Assembly: GCA_965219415.1 (NCBI GenBank)
Contig: CBDCNP010000002.1
Coordinates: forward strand, 544,001 to 608,000
Reading direction: 5' to 3'
Source of the DNA: Candidatus Marinacidobacterales bacterium
GTDB lineage: Bacteria > Acidobacteriota > Vicinamibacteria > Marinacidobacterales > DATDRI01
DNA length: 64,000 nt
The notes under the pieces were generated by a model that saw only the letters and a list, made by a program, of their open reading frames with translations, was not told the DNA's origin and did not search any database. The position numbers and the translations under genes were made by a program. Below, in pieces: positions 51,388 to 62,699 of the stretch (the first letter of the stretch is position 1; every line of letters starts with the position of its first letter).

Positions 51388-51752
51388 AGGCAGTCGGTTG
51401 CGGGCCTCGGCTTCTTGACGACCAAAACCTTCATCGAGTCGCACGGCTCGCTGTGATGGGGCCAGCTGACGCCGATCGCATGGTGGGGCTGGTGGAGCTC
51501 GACTGGCGGCGTCGCCGCCAACGTGGTCTGGGTACCTAGCGGGAGTCCAAAAGACGTGCGGAAGAATTCGATCGCTTCATCGAGCCGACCATCCTCGGCC
51601 AAGCTGAGACCTCGATAGAAGTTCGCCGTCGAGGAGAACGCCGCAAAACCTGGGAAGCTCCAACCCGATGAATGGACAGGAACAAAGAGCATCCCGATCA
51701 AAACGATGGCGACAGCTGTCGCCTTGACGTCGGTAGGAACTCGCGCCCACAT
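51384..51752 (-). CDS. Small membrane protein with a single TPR-like helix pair, probably truncated
   Basis: GGAGG RBS; TM segment; FYRGLSLAEDGRLDEAIEFFRTS followed by unrecognisable sequence. Confidence 0.4.
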   Translation of the reverse strand: MWARVPTDVKATAVAIVLIGMLFVPVHSSGWSFPGFAAFSSTANFYRGLSLAEDGRLDEAIEFFRTSFGLPLGTQTTLAATPPVELHQPHHAIGVSWPHHSEPCDSMKVLVVKKPRPATDCL

Positions 51753-51949
51753 GGTTTTCCTCCCCTTAGACCTCGGGTTGTGTCTCGCAAGGCGGATGCC
51801 AGCTTGTGGGCGCTCGGGCGTAGGGCCCGCCTCCATTAAGCATCATGTTTTGAGCCATTTACGGGTGAGCCCGAACGGCGATTCGGACCTTGGCTCGAAG
51901 GCCTGCAAAGAAATTAGACAAGCCGCACGCGATCCGTTACAACTTCGCA

Positions 51950-52259
51950 ATGGTTAAGAAACTCGCTTTGCCGTTGGTGGTTGTGGCGGCGGTTGCCTCT
52001 GGGATCGTGCTAGGCGCGGGCGCACCCGCCGAGGACGTAGAAATCGTTCCGCCCGCCGGCAGCGGCCACGACTTCTGGCCTCGCTGGCGGGGGCCCCTCC
52101 GGACAGGGAGTCGTGAACGGCACGGGCTATCCGGAAACATGGTCCGCGACTGAAAACGTCCAGTGGAAGGTGCGCGTCCCGGGGCAAGGAAATTCATCTC
52201 CCATCATTTGGGGTGACAAGGTCTTCCTGACCACCGCTTACGACGGCGGAAGGCGAATC
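51950..52259 (+). pseudogene. 5' part of a PQQ-like beta-propeller gene interrupted by IS256
   Basis: Signal peptide, FWPRWRGP, WSATENVQWKVRVPGQGNSSPIIWGDKVFLTTA. Confidence 0.85.
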
Positions 52260-52289
52260 GAGCTCTTGTCAATAGGTGTGTAAAAAAGT

Positions 52290-53534
52290 TCAGGCAGCAG
52301 CAACCTTCGACGACTCCGTTACCCTGTCTCCATCTTCAAATCGAACGCCCAGGTGAACCTCTCGCATCAGCTCCGGTGCGTTGAGCCGGCGAAAATTCTT
52401 CTCCGCAACCAGAAGCAGTTTGAAGATTGTCGCAGTGGCGGACTCGACTTTCTTGAACCTTTTGGCCGCATCCGTTCTCAATCTCAGTGCAGCGAACGGT
52501 GACTCCACGACGTTGCTCGTGCGAAGGTGTTGCCAGTGAGGCTTGGGAAAGGAATAGAAGCTGACCATCCGCTCCCAGTCCTCGTCGAGCACGTGCGCGG
52601 CCCCCGGAAGACCCTTGCGCAAGCACCAATCCTGGAACTTGGCCTTCTTCGTCTCGCACTCCTGCAGGCTGGTGGGGTAGGGGATCGCCGTCAACAGCGG
52701 CTTGGCCTGCGCCTGGTCCCTTTTCGGAATCCGGTCCAGTACGTTGAGGATTCGGTGGTTCCAGCACCGCTGCTCCTCAGCTTCTGGAAATACGTTTCGG
52801 GTCGCGGCCCAGATGCCGAGATGACCGTCACCGATCACCAAACGGGGACATCTCAGACCGCGCTTCTTCAGTCTCCGTAGCAGCGACGACCATGACGCTT
52901 CGGATTCTCGATGCCCGGCCTCCAGCGTCAGGACGATTTTCGTCCCGTCGGACAGGCCACCAACCGCAACTAGCACCGCCGCCTTGTCCTTCTCAAGGCC
53001 GGCCTTCACGTACACGCCATCTACCCACAGGGACACGAGCTCGAGTTCGTCCAGTGGGCGAGCTAGCCACTGCTCGTACTCTCCCTGCCATTTCTGTTTC
53101 AGCCGCGACACCGTGCTGGGAGAAAGTGGAGCGTCCTCCCCTAGAAGCCCGCGGAGCGCCAAATCGAAATCTCCGTGAGCTAGTCCATGCAGGTACAGCT
53201 CCGGAATCAACTCGCTCACCGTTTCGCTCCGACGCTTGAACAGCGGAAGCACTCGACTTTCGAACCTCTCCTCCACGTCCCCTACTCTCGGCCGGCGAAC
53301 CGTCACCGTGCCCACGCTCATCGTCAGCTTCCGAGGCTTACCGTATCCATTTCGATAGCCCGCCGTTGTGTCCACGGGCTTCCGTCTCTCCGATTTCTCA
53401 CGCCCGAGAAGCTCCGTGACTTCGGCTACCATCAGCTCCTGCACCCAATCCTGGATCTCGAGCCTCGCCCACTTCTCCAGCGACTCCCAAGCCACCCTTG
53501 ACGAGCTCCGTCGTCTTGTGGTCTTTTCCTTCAT
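52290..53534 (-). CDS. IS256 family transposase (apparently intact)
   Basis: YRNGY, WVDGVY, IGDGHLG, QRCWNHRILN, LRTSNVVESPF. Confidence 0.93.
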   Translation of the reverse strand: MKEKTTRRRSSSRVAWESLEKWARLEIQDWVQELMVAEVTELLGREKSERRKPVDTTAGYRNGYGKPRKLTMSVGTVTVRRPRVGDVEERFESRVLPLFKRRSETVSELIPELYLHGLAHGDFDLALRGLLGEDAPLSPSTVSRLKQKWQGEYEQWLARPLDELELVSLWVDGVYVKAGLEKDKAAVLVAVGGLSDGTKIVLTLEAGHRESEASWSSLLRRLKKRGLRCPRLVIGDGHLGIWAATRNVFPEAEEQRCWNHRILNVLDRIPKRDQAQAKPLLTAIPYPTSLQECETKKAKFQDWCLRKGLPGAAHVLDEDWERMVSFYSFPKPHWQHLRTSNVVESPFAALRLRTDAAKRFKKVESATATIFKLLLVAEKNFRRLNAPELMREVHLGVRFEDGDRVTESSKVAAA

Positions 53535-53608
53535 GGCGGTGTCTCCTTCCGTTGGCCCCTTCACGCCGTGTTTCGTGACGCGGAAGGTTACTCCGCCTTT
53601 ACTTTATT

Positions 53609-54993
53609 GGGTCTACGCGGATTCGTGTGGGTTGAAAACTGCATTTTTGGGTAATGGCGGAAGGAAAGCCGCCACGATCTTCAGCTTGAGATATTCCTCG
53701 TCGCGATAGCCGTAGGCGCGTCGTTGCAGAACACGGATTTTGTTGTTGACCCCTTCAACTAGGCCGAGACTGACTTTGTTCTCCGGATGACAGTAGGAGG
53801 CGATACCATCTCAATGGGACTCAATCATACCGGCGAACTTCTGGTACGGATGCAGGCGTTGCCATTTGAGGCTGTCTTTCCAACGGGTGAAAAAGGCGCG
53901 AGCGCCGCGTTCGGTGCGGTAATCCCAGAGTTGCCCGAAGGCCTCCTTCAAAATATAGGCGGTGTTCAGGCGCCGGTTGGCCTGGAGCAACTTTTTGAGT
54001 GCGCGGCGACCGTCTAGGCTCAGGTTCTCCCGCCGGGAAAGCAAAGTGTAACGCTGCCCCTTGATGTACGACCGGTCCTTGCCGCTGAGGCGTTTGTACT
54101 CACCGCGCCGGACCTCATCGAGGGCCTTTGACAGATGACGCATGATATGAAACTTGTCGAAGATGATCCGCGCATTAGGCGCGTTGTGAATCACCGAGTT
54201 CCGGAAGGGCTTCCACATATCCATGGCGGCCAGCTTGATACGGGCGCTTTTCTTTCCGCCCAGCGCCTTGAAGAACAAATCGATGTCGGTTTCTTTACGA
54301 CCCTCACCGCCCACCCAGATGGGACGCGCCCGCTCCAGGTCGCTGACAATGACGCGATAGTTATGTCCCTTGCGGATGGAGATCTCATCGACACCGATGG
54401 CCCGAGGCGCCGGTAGCCCCGCCCGGTCGACCTGCTCTTGCATGTAGAGCGTATCCAGAGCCTTCACCGTACCGTGGTGCAGACGTTCCATCTCGGCCAC
54501 CGCCTTGTTCGGCATATCCCGGCACAGCTTGCCCACATGCGTCGCAAAACGCTGGGTGTAGCGCGAGTTGTTCGCCAGCCAGTCTAGGTTGTTCTACATG
54601 CACACCGCCGCACCCAGAACAGTTGACGCGCCAACGCTCGTATTCCAGATAGATCCGCCAGCCTGCCAACGACAGGTCGCGGACCCGGCACACTTGCTTG
54701 TCATAGCGCCCCCGGCACCGTTGCCCACAGTAAGAGCACACAGCTGTTTTTTTCGCCTCTTGAGCTGGATGACGCGGGCGTATCGGTCACCGAATAGACC
54801 CTTCAATCCGGCACCAACCACGAAACCTGGCAGCGCAAACAGCGAGCGGATCGACTGGGAATTTTTCACTCGGTTAGCCTATCCTAAAAATGGACCACTT
54901 TTCAGCACCTGATGAAGTACTCGATACCTTTTCCACACAATGAGTTACACTGTTTTTCCGTCAGAACTTACCCACACGAATCCGCGTAAACCC
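53609..54993 (-). mobile_element. ISL3-family element
   Basis: 24-bp TIR GGGT(C/T)TACGCGGATTCGTGTGGGT; 8-bp target duplication ACTTTATT (53601-53608, 54994-55001). Confidence 0.92.
53613..54869 (-). pseudogene. ISL3 family transposase with frameshifts and a TGA at 53811
   Basis: Zinc ribbon CxxC, VRDL, IGVDE, AMDMWKPF, FDKFHI, H*DGI, VEGVNNKIR...RAYGYRD. Confidence 0.9.
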
Positions 54994-55024
54994 ACTTTAT
55001 TTCCACACCTTCTGAGGGTAGCTC

Positions 55025-56006
55025 GGCGAATCTCGCTCCTCTGTTTCCAACGCTCGGACGGCGAGCTCCTGTGGGAGGTCTTTGCACCCAAGGCCACGCC
55101 GGAGAGTCCGCACCGCAAGAATGGACACGCCTCGGGAACACCGACAACCGATGGTGTGCGCGTCTACGCGTATCTAGGAAATCATGGCCTCATGGCGGTG
55201 GACCTCGCCGGCAAGGTGGCATGGCATCGGCCCTTCGCCGAGATGCCAGCCTTCCACGGCACTGCGGGCTCTCCCCTGATCTACAAAGACAGTGTCATCC
55301 TCTACCAGGACCACGAGGGTGGCACTTCGTTCGTGGCCGCGTTCGACAAGACCTCGGGCAAGGTGAAGTGGTCGACCCATCGCGACGAGACCGTGGGTTG
55401 GGGAACGCCCATCGTGATCCGCGTTGGGGACCGTGACGAGCTCATCGTGAGCAGTCAGAAACGTGTCTATGCGTACGATCCCGATACCGGCAAGGAGCTT
55501 TGGACCTGTGGCGGAAATCTATACGAAGTCATCCCCACCCCGGTTGTCGGCCACGGCCTCGTGTATTGTTCTTCAGGACGTGCCGGTCCGACCTTGGCGA
55601 TCCGACCCGGCGGCAGCGGCGACGTGACGGATACTCACGTGGTTTGGAAGAGCCCCAAAAGCTCTCCTTTCGTCCCCTCACCACTCCTGTACGACGACAC
55701 TACCTCTACATGGTGAATGACATGCTGAGCGTCGCGACGTGCTATGACGCGAAGAGTGGTGACGTCATGTGGCAAGGACGCCTCGGTGAGACGCAGCGGG
55801 AGGGATTCTCGGCCTCCCCGATCGGAGCGCAAGACAAGGTCTTCTTCACCAACGACCTGGGCGATACTTTTGTCTTGAAAGCCGGGCCGGAGTTCGAATT
55901 GCTACACGTCAACCGGCTCAATCAGCGAACGCTCGCTTCGCCCGCTTTGGTGGACGGTCATTGGTTCTTCCGGACCGAGAGTCACCTATTGAAGATCGGC
56001 AGCTGA
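55025..56006 (+). pseudogene. 3' part of the interrupted PQQ-like beta-propeller gene (frameshift near 55700)
   Basis: RISLLCFQRSDGELLW, HASGTPTTDG, WGTP, VIPTP, FVPSP, FSASP, TLASPA. Confidence 0.85.
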
Positions 56007-56032
56007 TTCGTACCGCCAAGGGAAACGGACGC

Positions 56033-56641
56033 CTAATCGGTCTCGGGCTTCTTCTTGGTGTAGACGATCTCCATGCTCTTCTGTTCGTTACCGTCCCCGT
56101 CTATCATGAACATCTCCAAGACGTACTTGTCCTCGCTCTCGATGCCAATCACGATCTTGCTCTTGACCGGCTTGCTCGTCATCGGGTCGAACCACTCGGA
56201 GTGGAAGACGATCGCGTTCTCTCCGGCGTCCCACTCGCCTTCGCTATAAGCGAGAGCGGTGCTCACACTATCGATCCAGGTGGACACGAACTTCTTTTTA
56301 AGGTTGTCGTATGCCCAGATACCCATTCCGTGGAACGTCTGCCCCATCATGTCGCCCTTGTACTCTTGATGTAGGTAACGCCCGTTGTAGAGCATCTTAT
56401 TCGCGCTCTTCCCCTTGGACTCTTGTGGCGGGGCCGAAGGATCCATCCAAAACTTGCTATGTGCATCCCACTCGCCGGCTAGGGCTTCGAGTTTCGTGTG
56501 GGGTTCGCCAGGCGTGGCCGCCTTCTCCATCGCTTCCATCATGGCCTTGTCTTCGGCGCTCATTTCCTGCGCCCAAGCGCCGGCTCCGAGGCCGATGACA
56601 AGGGTAAAGGTAAGACAAAACGCAAAAGTGAATGTTTTCAT
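56033..56641 (-). CDS. DUF1579 family secreted protein
   Basis: Signal peptide; TPGEPH..L..LAGEW, GRYL, YDNLKKKFVSTWIDS, MEIVYTK. Confidence 0.85.
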   Translation of the reverse strand: MKTFTFAFCLTFTLVIGLGAGAWAQEMSAEDKAMMEAMEKAATPGEPHTKLEALAGEWDAHSKFWMDPSAPPQESKGKSANKMLYNGRYLHQEYKGDMMGQTFHGMGIWAYDNLKKKFVSTWIDSVSTALAYSEGEWDAGENAIVFHSEWFDPMTSKPVKSKIVIGIESEDKYVLEMFMIDGDGNEQKSMEIVYTKKKPETD

Positions 56642-56779
56642 GATTGGTTCCTCTCCGGATAGAGATTTTCGTCTGAGATTGAGTGGCCGAAGATACCCCC
56701 GCTCCATGAGCGTGTCAACCAGCTAAAGGCACTTCTTGCGGTCGTTCTTATGATCTAACATGGTTCTCACGTACCGTCG

Positions 56780-57499
56780 ATGAGCGACGACAACCTCTAC
56801 TTCCGCCAGCTACTTGCCGGACGGGATTTCGCTCGCAAGAATCCGATTGCCGGGCAGATGGTCAATTTCTGCTACCTCATCGGAGACCGCTCGACCCGGA
56901 AGGCGGTCGTGGTGGATCCGGCTTGGAACGTCAAAGATCTGGTCGACGCCGCGGAAAAGGACGGCATGGAGCTAGTCGGCGCCCTAGCCACTCACTACCA
57001 TCCCGATCACGTGGGTGGTGACCTCTTCGGCCACGATATCGAAGGACTGGCTCGACTCCTCGAGTTGAAGGGCATGAAGGTACACGTTCAGAAACCGGAA
57101 GCCGAGGGCGTCCGCCTCATGACGGGGTTGTCCGATACCGACCTGACGCTCCACGACGGCGGCGACCGGCTGAGCCTCGGTGACGTCGAAATCGAGTTCG
57201 TTCACACACCGGGACATACACCGGGGAGCCAGTGCTTCCTGGTGCGCGGCCGCCTAGTCTCGGGCGACACGCTTTTCGTTCAGGGATGTGGCCGAGTCGA
57301 CCTTCCGGGGGGCGATCCCGAAGAGATGTATCGGACCCTGACCGAGCGCTTGTCCAAGCTACCCGACGACGTGGTGCTCTACCCCGGTCACGACTACGCG
57401 GAAAAGCCGACCTCGACGCTCGGCGAGCAACGCCAGACCAACTATGCACTTCGTGTGTCCAGTTTGGATGACTGGCTCCGGATGATGGGACGCGGGTGA
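56780..57499 (+). CDS. MBL-fold metallo-hydrolase (glyoxalase II-like)
   Basis: THYHPDHVGG, HTPGHTPGS, SGDTLF, GCGR, YPGHDY. Confidence 0.92.
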   Translation: MSDDNLYFRQLLAGRDFARKNPIAGQMVNFCYLIGDRSTRKAVVVDPAWNVKDLVDAAEKDGMELVGALATHYHPDHVGGDLFGHDIEGLARLLELKGMKVHVQKPEAEGVRLMTGLSDTDLTLHDGGDRLSLGDVEIEFVHTPGHTPGSQCFLVRGRLVSGDTLFVQGCGRVDLPGGDPEEMYRTLTERLSKLPDDVVLYPGHDYAEKPTSTLGEQRQTNYALRVSSLDDWLRMMGRG

Positions 57500-57714
57500 G
57501 CGGAAAAACGCGGGGCCCGAAAGAAATAACGCCGTCCCGGATTATTCACCTCAGAAATCATCCTTCGAGGATTCCTCCGGACAACATTCCGCTGCTCACG
57601 ATTTGTGCAAACTGGAGGAGCGCTTACGGTGACGCGGGTCCGGAGACATCCGTCGACAAGTTCTCAACACCCATTTCCACAGAAAATGTTAGTCGAGGCC
57701 CGCACGTCTCTTAA

Positions 57715-58858
57715 ATGACCTACCTGACTCTCGCCCTTTTCGTCTTTTGGGGGCTTCTCACGATTCAGACGATCGTAAACTTACTCGTCTTTCGGCGACT
57801 GAAACCCGCCGACCCGCCCGGCGAACGAGCGAATTGGCCGATGGTGTCTATTGTCATACCCGCGCGCAACGAAGAAAGAGACATCGGCCTGACGTTGGAT
57901 GCGGCTTTAGCACAAGACTATCCCAGCTTCGAAGTCGTCGTCGTCGATGACGGCTCGACCGACGGCACGGCAAAAGAGATGCCAGCGACCCGCGGCTCGT
58001 GCCAGTATCCTGCCCTCCCCTCCCCGAAGGATGGTTGGGCAAACCACATGCTCTGTCCAACGGGACCGCGATCGCCCGCGGGCGATGGCTTCTCTTGATG
58101 GACGCCGACGTTCGCTTGGCTCCCGCTGCGCTCCGCCAAGGGGTCGGCCGCGCGGCGTCGGAAGGCTGGGATCACCTTGCACTCCTACCTCACTTCGAAC
58201 GGGAGGGGTTTTGGGAGGGGGTCGCCATGCCCTCCCTACCGGTCTTCTTTTTCATTTTCTCCCCTCGTTCGTCGCGCTCTCCCGACGTCGAAAGTTGGCC
58301 TTCGGCGGTGGCGCCTTCAACCTCGTTCGGCGGGAAGCCTACGACACGATCGGCGGCCATAGCCGGCTTGCCGCCTCGGTCGTCGACGACGTCCGCCTGG
58401 CGATTGAGCTGAAAGCGGCTGGATTCAACACTCGCATGCAGCTTGGGCCTTCCCTGCTGCGAATCCGCATGTACCGAGGGCTGGGCGAGATCGTCGAGGG
58501 ATTCACCAAGAACGCTCACGCTGTCTGGAGAGGTCGCGAGCCCCTTCTTGTCGTCGCGTCCTCAGTGCTCCTGGCTCTGAACGTCTTTCCTTTCTTTTGG
58601 CTGCCCTGGGCAATGAGCATTCCATCCCAGGCCTTGTCCCCACCGCTGGTGTGGCTCGGAGCGAGCCTGGCGCTGCTCGTGGCGTGCCGATCGGCGATCC
58701 AATGGTGGTTGGGCTTCCCCTGGTGGCCGATACTGTTTCACCCGCTATCGGTCCTCGTAGGCTTCGTGATCGTGGCTCGCTCGCTGCGTATGGTCTACGT
58801 GGAAGGGATCGTCCGGTGGCGGGGTCGAGAATACCGGAGCGACACGACGAGTTTCTGA
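57715..58858 (+). CDS. GT2 family glycosyltransferase (CrtQ/HpnB-like), two frameshifts
   Basis: VSIVIPARNEE, VDDGSTD, PEGWLGKPHAL, MDADV, GGH...VVDD, RMYRG, GFTKN, WRGREY. Confidence 0.85.
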
Positions 58859-58978
58859 CCTTCACGGTTTCCACTCGCCCCTTCGCCCTCGACGTCCGCT
58901 TGCGCCACACTCCCATCCCGGAAACGAACGCCTCGAAACAATAGGACCGGCTAAGTACGGTTTCTAGGGGCTTGCGAA

Positions 58979-58994
58979 TGGCATTCATGTTGCA
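58979..58994 (+). promoter_or_regulatory. Sigma54 -24/-12 promoter
   Basis: TGGCAT-TCATG-TTGCA, 40 bp upstream of the permease ATG. Confidence 0.7.
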
Positions 58995-59034
58995 CATCCT
59001 TGTCGTTGGGAGCCCTTAGCGAAACGGGAAAGTC

Positions 59035-61496
59035 ATGGATACCTTGCTCCAAGACCTCCGCTACGGCATCCGGACGCTTCTCAAGCGGCCCGGGTTCACT
59101 TTGGTGGTCGCCTTGACGCTCGCGCTCGGAATCGGCTCGAACACCACCATATTCAGCGTGGTGAATAGCGTCCTTCTTAGGCCGCTTCCCTATCACGACC
59201 CCGCAAACCTCGTCCTGCTGAAGACAGTGCTGCCCGAGCAAGGGCGGGTCCGACCTGCCAGCTCCGGGCCCGAGCTCTTCGACTACCGCCAGCAGTCCAG
59301 ATCGTTCTCTCGGCTGGGAGGAATCTGGTACCGGCCGGGTGCCCTGACCGACGATGCCATCGAGCCCGAAAGAGATCGATATGGGATTCGTCTCGGCAGG
59401 TTTTTTGGACACGCTCGGGATCGAGCCGACAATGGGCCGTTTCATCGCCGACGAAGAAGACATCGTCAACTCCCCCCCGCGTCATCGTGCTCGCACATTC
59501 GCTTTGGAAGCGCCGCTATGGGGCCGACCCGAACATCGTGGGCAGCCCGATAGAGTTCGACGGGATTCCCCATACGGTCGTGGGCGTCATGCCCGAGGGT
59601 TTCCAAATGCTCTTGCCTCCCGAAGCCGGGGTGCCGGCGCGACTCGACGCCTGGGTCTCGTGGAATGGCGGATATGACCAACTTCTTCGCGGGTGGAGAA
59701 TCTTTACTCTCGTGGGCCGCCTGGCGCCGAAGGTGACCGTCGAGCAAGCACAGGCAGAGATACGAACCGTGGCCGAGAGAGTCGAGGCCGACAACTTCGA
59801 GGACTATGAAGGCTCGGGACTCGACATCGAGCTCGACCGACTGCATAGCGATGTCGTAGCTCAAGTGCGACCGAGCCTCCTGCTACTTCTTGGTGCGGCT
59901 GGTTTCGTCCTGCTCATCGCGTGTGCCAACGTCGCCAACCTCTTTCTCGTCTGCGCCAGCGGAACCGAGAGCGAGATGGTGGTGCGAGCGGCACTCGGTG
60001 CCAGTCGTTGGCGTCTCCTCCGACAGCGCGTGACGGAAAGCGCCCTCATCTCCTCCCTTGGTGCCGGGCTGGGTTTGTTATTGGCCCAGCGGGGCATCGA
60101 AGGCTTGAAGCTCCTTCAACCCGGAAACTTGCCGCGCGTGGACGAGCTCAGCCTGGACTGGCGGGTTCTCGGTCTGGTGATGGCGACAGCCGTCCTGACC
60201 GCGCTGGTTTTCGGCGCGGTGTCTTCGGTCCGCATCTTCCGAAAGGGTGATGACTCGGTAGCCCTCAAAGTGGGGGCGCGATCTCTCGGCGATTCCGGCC
60301 GTCAACGCACGCGCCGACTTCTGGTTGTAGGTGAATTGGCTCTTTCGTTCATGCTTCTGGTCGGCGCAGGGTTGCTCGTCAGAAGCTTCGTGCTCCTGGC
60401 GGGAGTCGACCCCGGGTTCAACCCGGGGGGCGTACTCACGATGAAACTGTCCTTAGTCGACAGCCACTATCGGTACAGCGAGCCTCTGAAGATGGCGGAG
60501 TTCTACCGACAGCTTCTCTCCCGCGTCAAAGATCTCCCGGGCGTCGAGGCGGTGGGTGCGGCAACCGAGCTCCCACTGGACGGGCAGTCATTCCACCTCG
60601 CGCCATACGCCTATGAGACCCCGGAAGGTGTGCTCGAGTGGGATAGGGTCGCCGCCAACTACCTCACGGTGACTCCTGGTTGGTTCGAGTCCATCGGCGC
60701 GCGACTGAAAGTAGGACGTTTCTTCGAATGGACAGACGATCTCGATCATCCAAACGTGGTCATCATCGATGACAAGTTGGCGCAAATGGTTTGGCCGGGG
60801 CGCGATCCAATCGGTGAGCGTCTACAGATCGAGGTCTACTTGAACGGCGGTCGACCCGTATGGGCCGAAGTCATCGGTGTCGTCGAGCATCTTCGACAGC
60901 ATCCCAGCCAGATCGGTGTCGAACAAGTCTACGTCCCGCACCAACAGTCGCCCATGCGCACGATGGCCCTCGCCATTCGAAGCGATGTCGACGATCGGAC
61001 CGTGGCCGGCGCGGTCAGGAACGAAGTGCGCCAGCTCAATGCCGACCAGCCGGTTCACGGCGTGCGCCCCTACGCAGAGTATTTCGCCGAGTCGATGGCC
61101 GCTACTCGGTTTTCGCTCTCACTTTTGGCTCTGTTCGCAGTGATGGCGCTCGCTCTCGCTTCGGTAGGGATCTACGGGGTCATCGCCTACAGCGTTAGCC
61201 AACGAACGAGGGAGATCGGCGTTCGGCTCGCCATGGGTGCGACGCCACAACGAATTCTCAGATCGATACTCGGACAAGGGGCGGTCCTGACCGTGGCGGG
61301 CTTGACGCTCGGGTTGCTCGGAGCGGTCACGCTCTCGAGCTTCCTCGCTAGCTTTCTTTACGGCGTCACCGCGACCGATCCACTAACCTTCACGACGATT
61401 CCAATCGTGTTGGCTCTGGTGGCACTGGCTGCCTGCTACCTGCCGGCGCGTCGTGCCTCGCGGCTCGAGCCGACGCGGGCGTTGCGAGAAGAGTAG
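59035..61496 (+). CDS. ADOP-type (duplicated MacB/FtsX) ABC transporter permease; frameshifts near 59370 and 59480
   Basis: [62 protein letters not shown]. Confidence 0.92.
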
Positions 61497-61521
61497 TTCG
61501 AAAAGAACTGGAGGTTTTGCA

Positions 61522-62308
61522 ATGAGCACCTTGTTTCAACAATTCCGATTGGCTCGTCGCCGTCATAGCGGCTTCGGTCTTCGCCCTGCTTCCGCGCCTG
61601 CCAGAGTCGGTCGCGGTGGGGGGCGGCGCCCGCTTCGGGCAACGCGCCACTGCCGGGGTCGCTGGACGCCGCATGCAACGATTGCTCGTCGTCTCTCAGA
61701 TAGCCGTTTGCTTCGTGCTTCTCATCGGCGCCACCTTACTTCTGCGAACGCTTTTCAACCTGCAGCAAGCCGAGGCGGGAGTGGATGCAGAAGAAGTGCT
61801 CGCGATGGAGGTCCCGATTCTCGGTGCACGCTCCACCGACGAACGGCGCACTTATTACCAGACGATCCGTGAACGCGTGGCAGCCTTGCCCAGCGTACGC
61901 GATGCTGCTCTCGGGAGCGTCGTTCCGTTGCGCGGGGCGCCGACCGGGCTCGCTGCCTTTCTCACGACAATGGAGTTTCGCATCGAGGGCCGGGAGGCGG
62001 AACCGGGTGCCCCCCAGCCACGAGCCGACTACCGCAGCGTGAGTACCGAGTACTTTCGGACTTTGGGCATCACCTTGATGAACGGACGCTGGCTCGAGGG
62101 GACGGACCGCGCCGACGCTTCTAAAGTTGTCGTGATCAACCAGTCGTTCGCGAAACGCTACTTTCCCGATCAAGACCCGGTGGGGAGGCGTATCGCCTGG
62201 AGCGGTGACATCGTGAGCCGCATCGGCATCAGTGACGAGTGGCGGACGATTGTAGGCGTGGTCTCGGACACCAAGGACTATGGCGTCGATGCCCAGGTCC
62301 CGCACGCG
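61522..62308 (+). pseudogene. Second ADOP-type permease, internally deleted and 3' truncated
   Basis: Starts MSTLFQQFRLARR, jumps at about 61561 to the mid-protein region LLVVSQIAVCFVLLIGATLLLRT...VSTEYFRTLGI...IVGVVSD. Confidence 0.8.
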
Positions 62309-62699
62309 GTCTCGGGCGGCAAAGTAACCAGTCTGTTCCCCCGCAGCGATAAGAACGTCATGCTTCCCAGCTTACCAATCTCTGGACTGAGTTCTTCGAT
62401 CCGATTTCGTCCAAACGGAGAACTCTGAGCTTGCCAAGCTTTACTATTCCGTCCGGCAGGGCGGCAATCTGATTGTCGTTAACATAAAGCTCCTCCAAGC
62501 GCGAGAGAGCGCTAAGCTCGTCGGGCAGGGATCGCAGTTGGTTGTGGGATAGATAAAGTCGCTCGAGGGTTTTCACTCTGCCGATCTCGGGCGGCAGCAC
62601 GGTGAGTCCCCATGCCGAGAGGTCGAGCCATGACCGGCCTTGCCGTTCGGCTTCGCGAATGGCTATCATCGCGTTCCAAAACGATCGGAGCGCCTTCAT
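62308..62699 (-). pseudogene. Leucine-rich repeat domain, truncated; possibly fused to the S9 peptidase
   Basis: LDLSAWGLTVLPPEIG, LYLSHNQLRSLPDEL, LYVNDNQIAALP, then LSLRGNRLVTLPPE in another frame. Confidence 0.82.

Larger units (their letters stand above)
52260..55024 (-). mobile_element. IS256-family element carrying a nested ISL3
   Basis: 8-bp target duplication GGCGAATC (52252-52259, 55025-55032); imperfect terminal inverted repeats (TIRs) GAGCTcttgTCAatAGGTGTG / GAGCTacccTCAgaAGGTGTG. Confidence 0.9.

Noticed and set aside
12786-53813. In-frame TGA codons (12786-12788; 53811 where ISL3 HWDGI expects Trp) as a sign of UGA recoding
   Set aside because: Many intact genes end in TGA and Trp is encoded by TGG throughout; point mutation or base-call error is simpler.
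57540-57690. Several DnaA-box-like 9-mers (TTATTCACC, TGTGCAAAC, TTCTCAACA, ATTTCCACA)
   Set aside because: All are mismatched, with no AT-rich unwinding element or dnaA/dnaN context.
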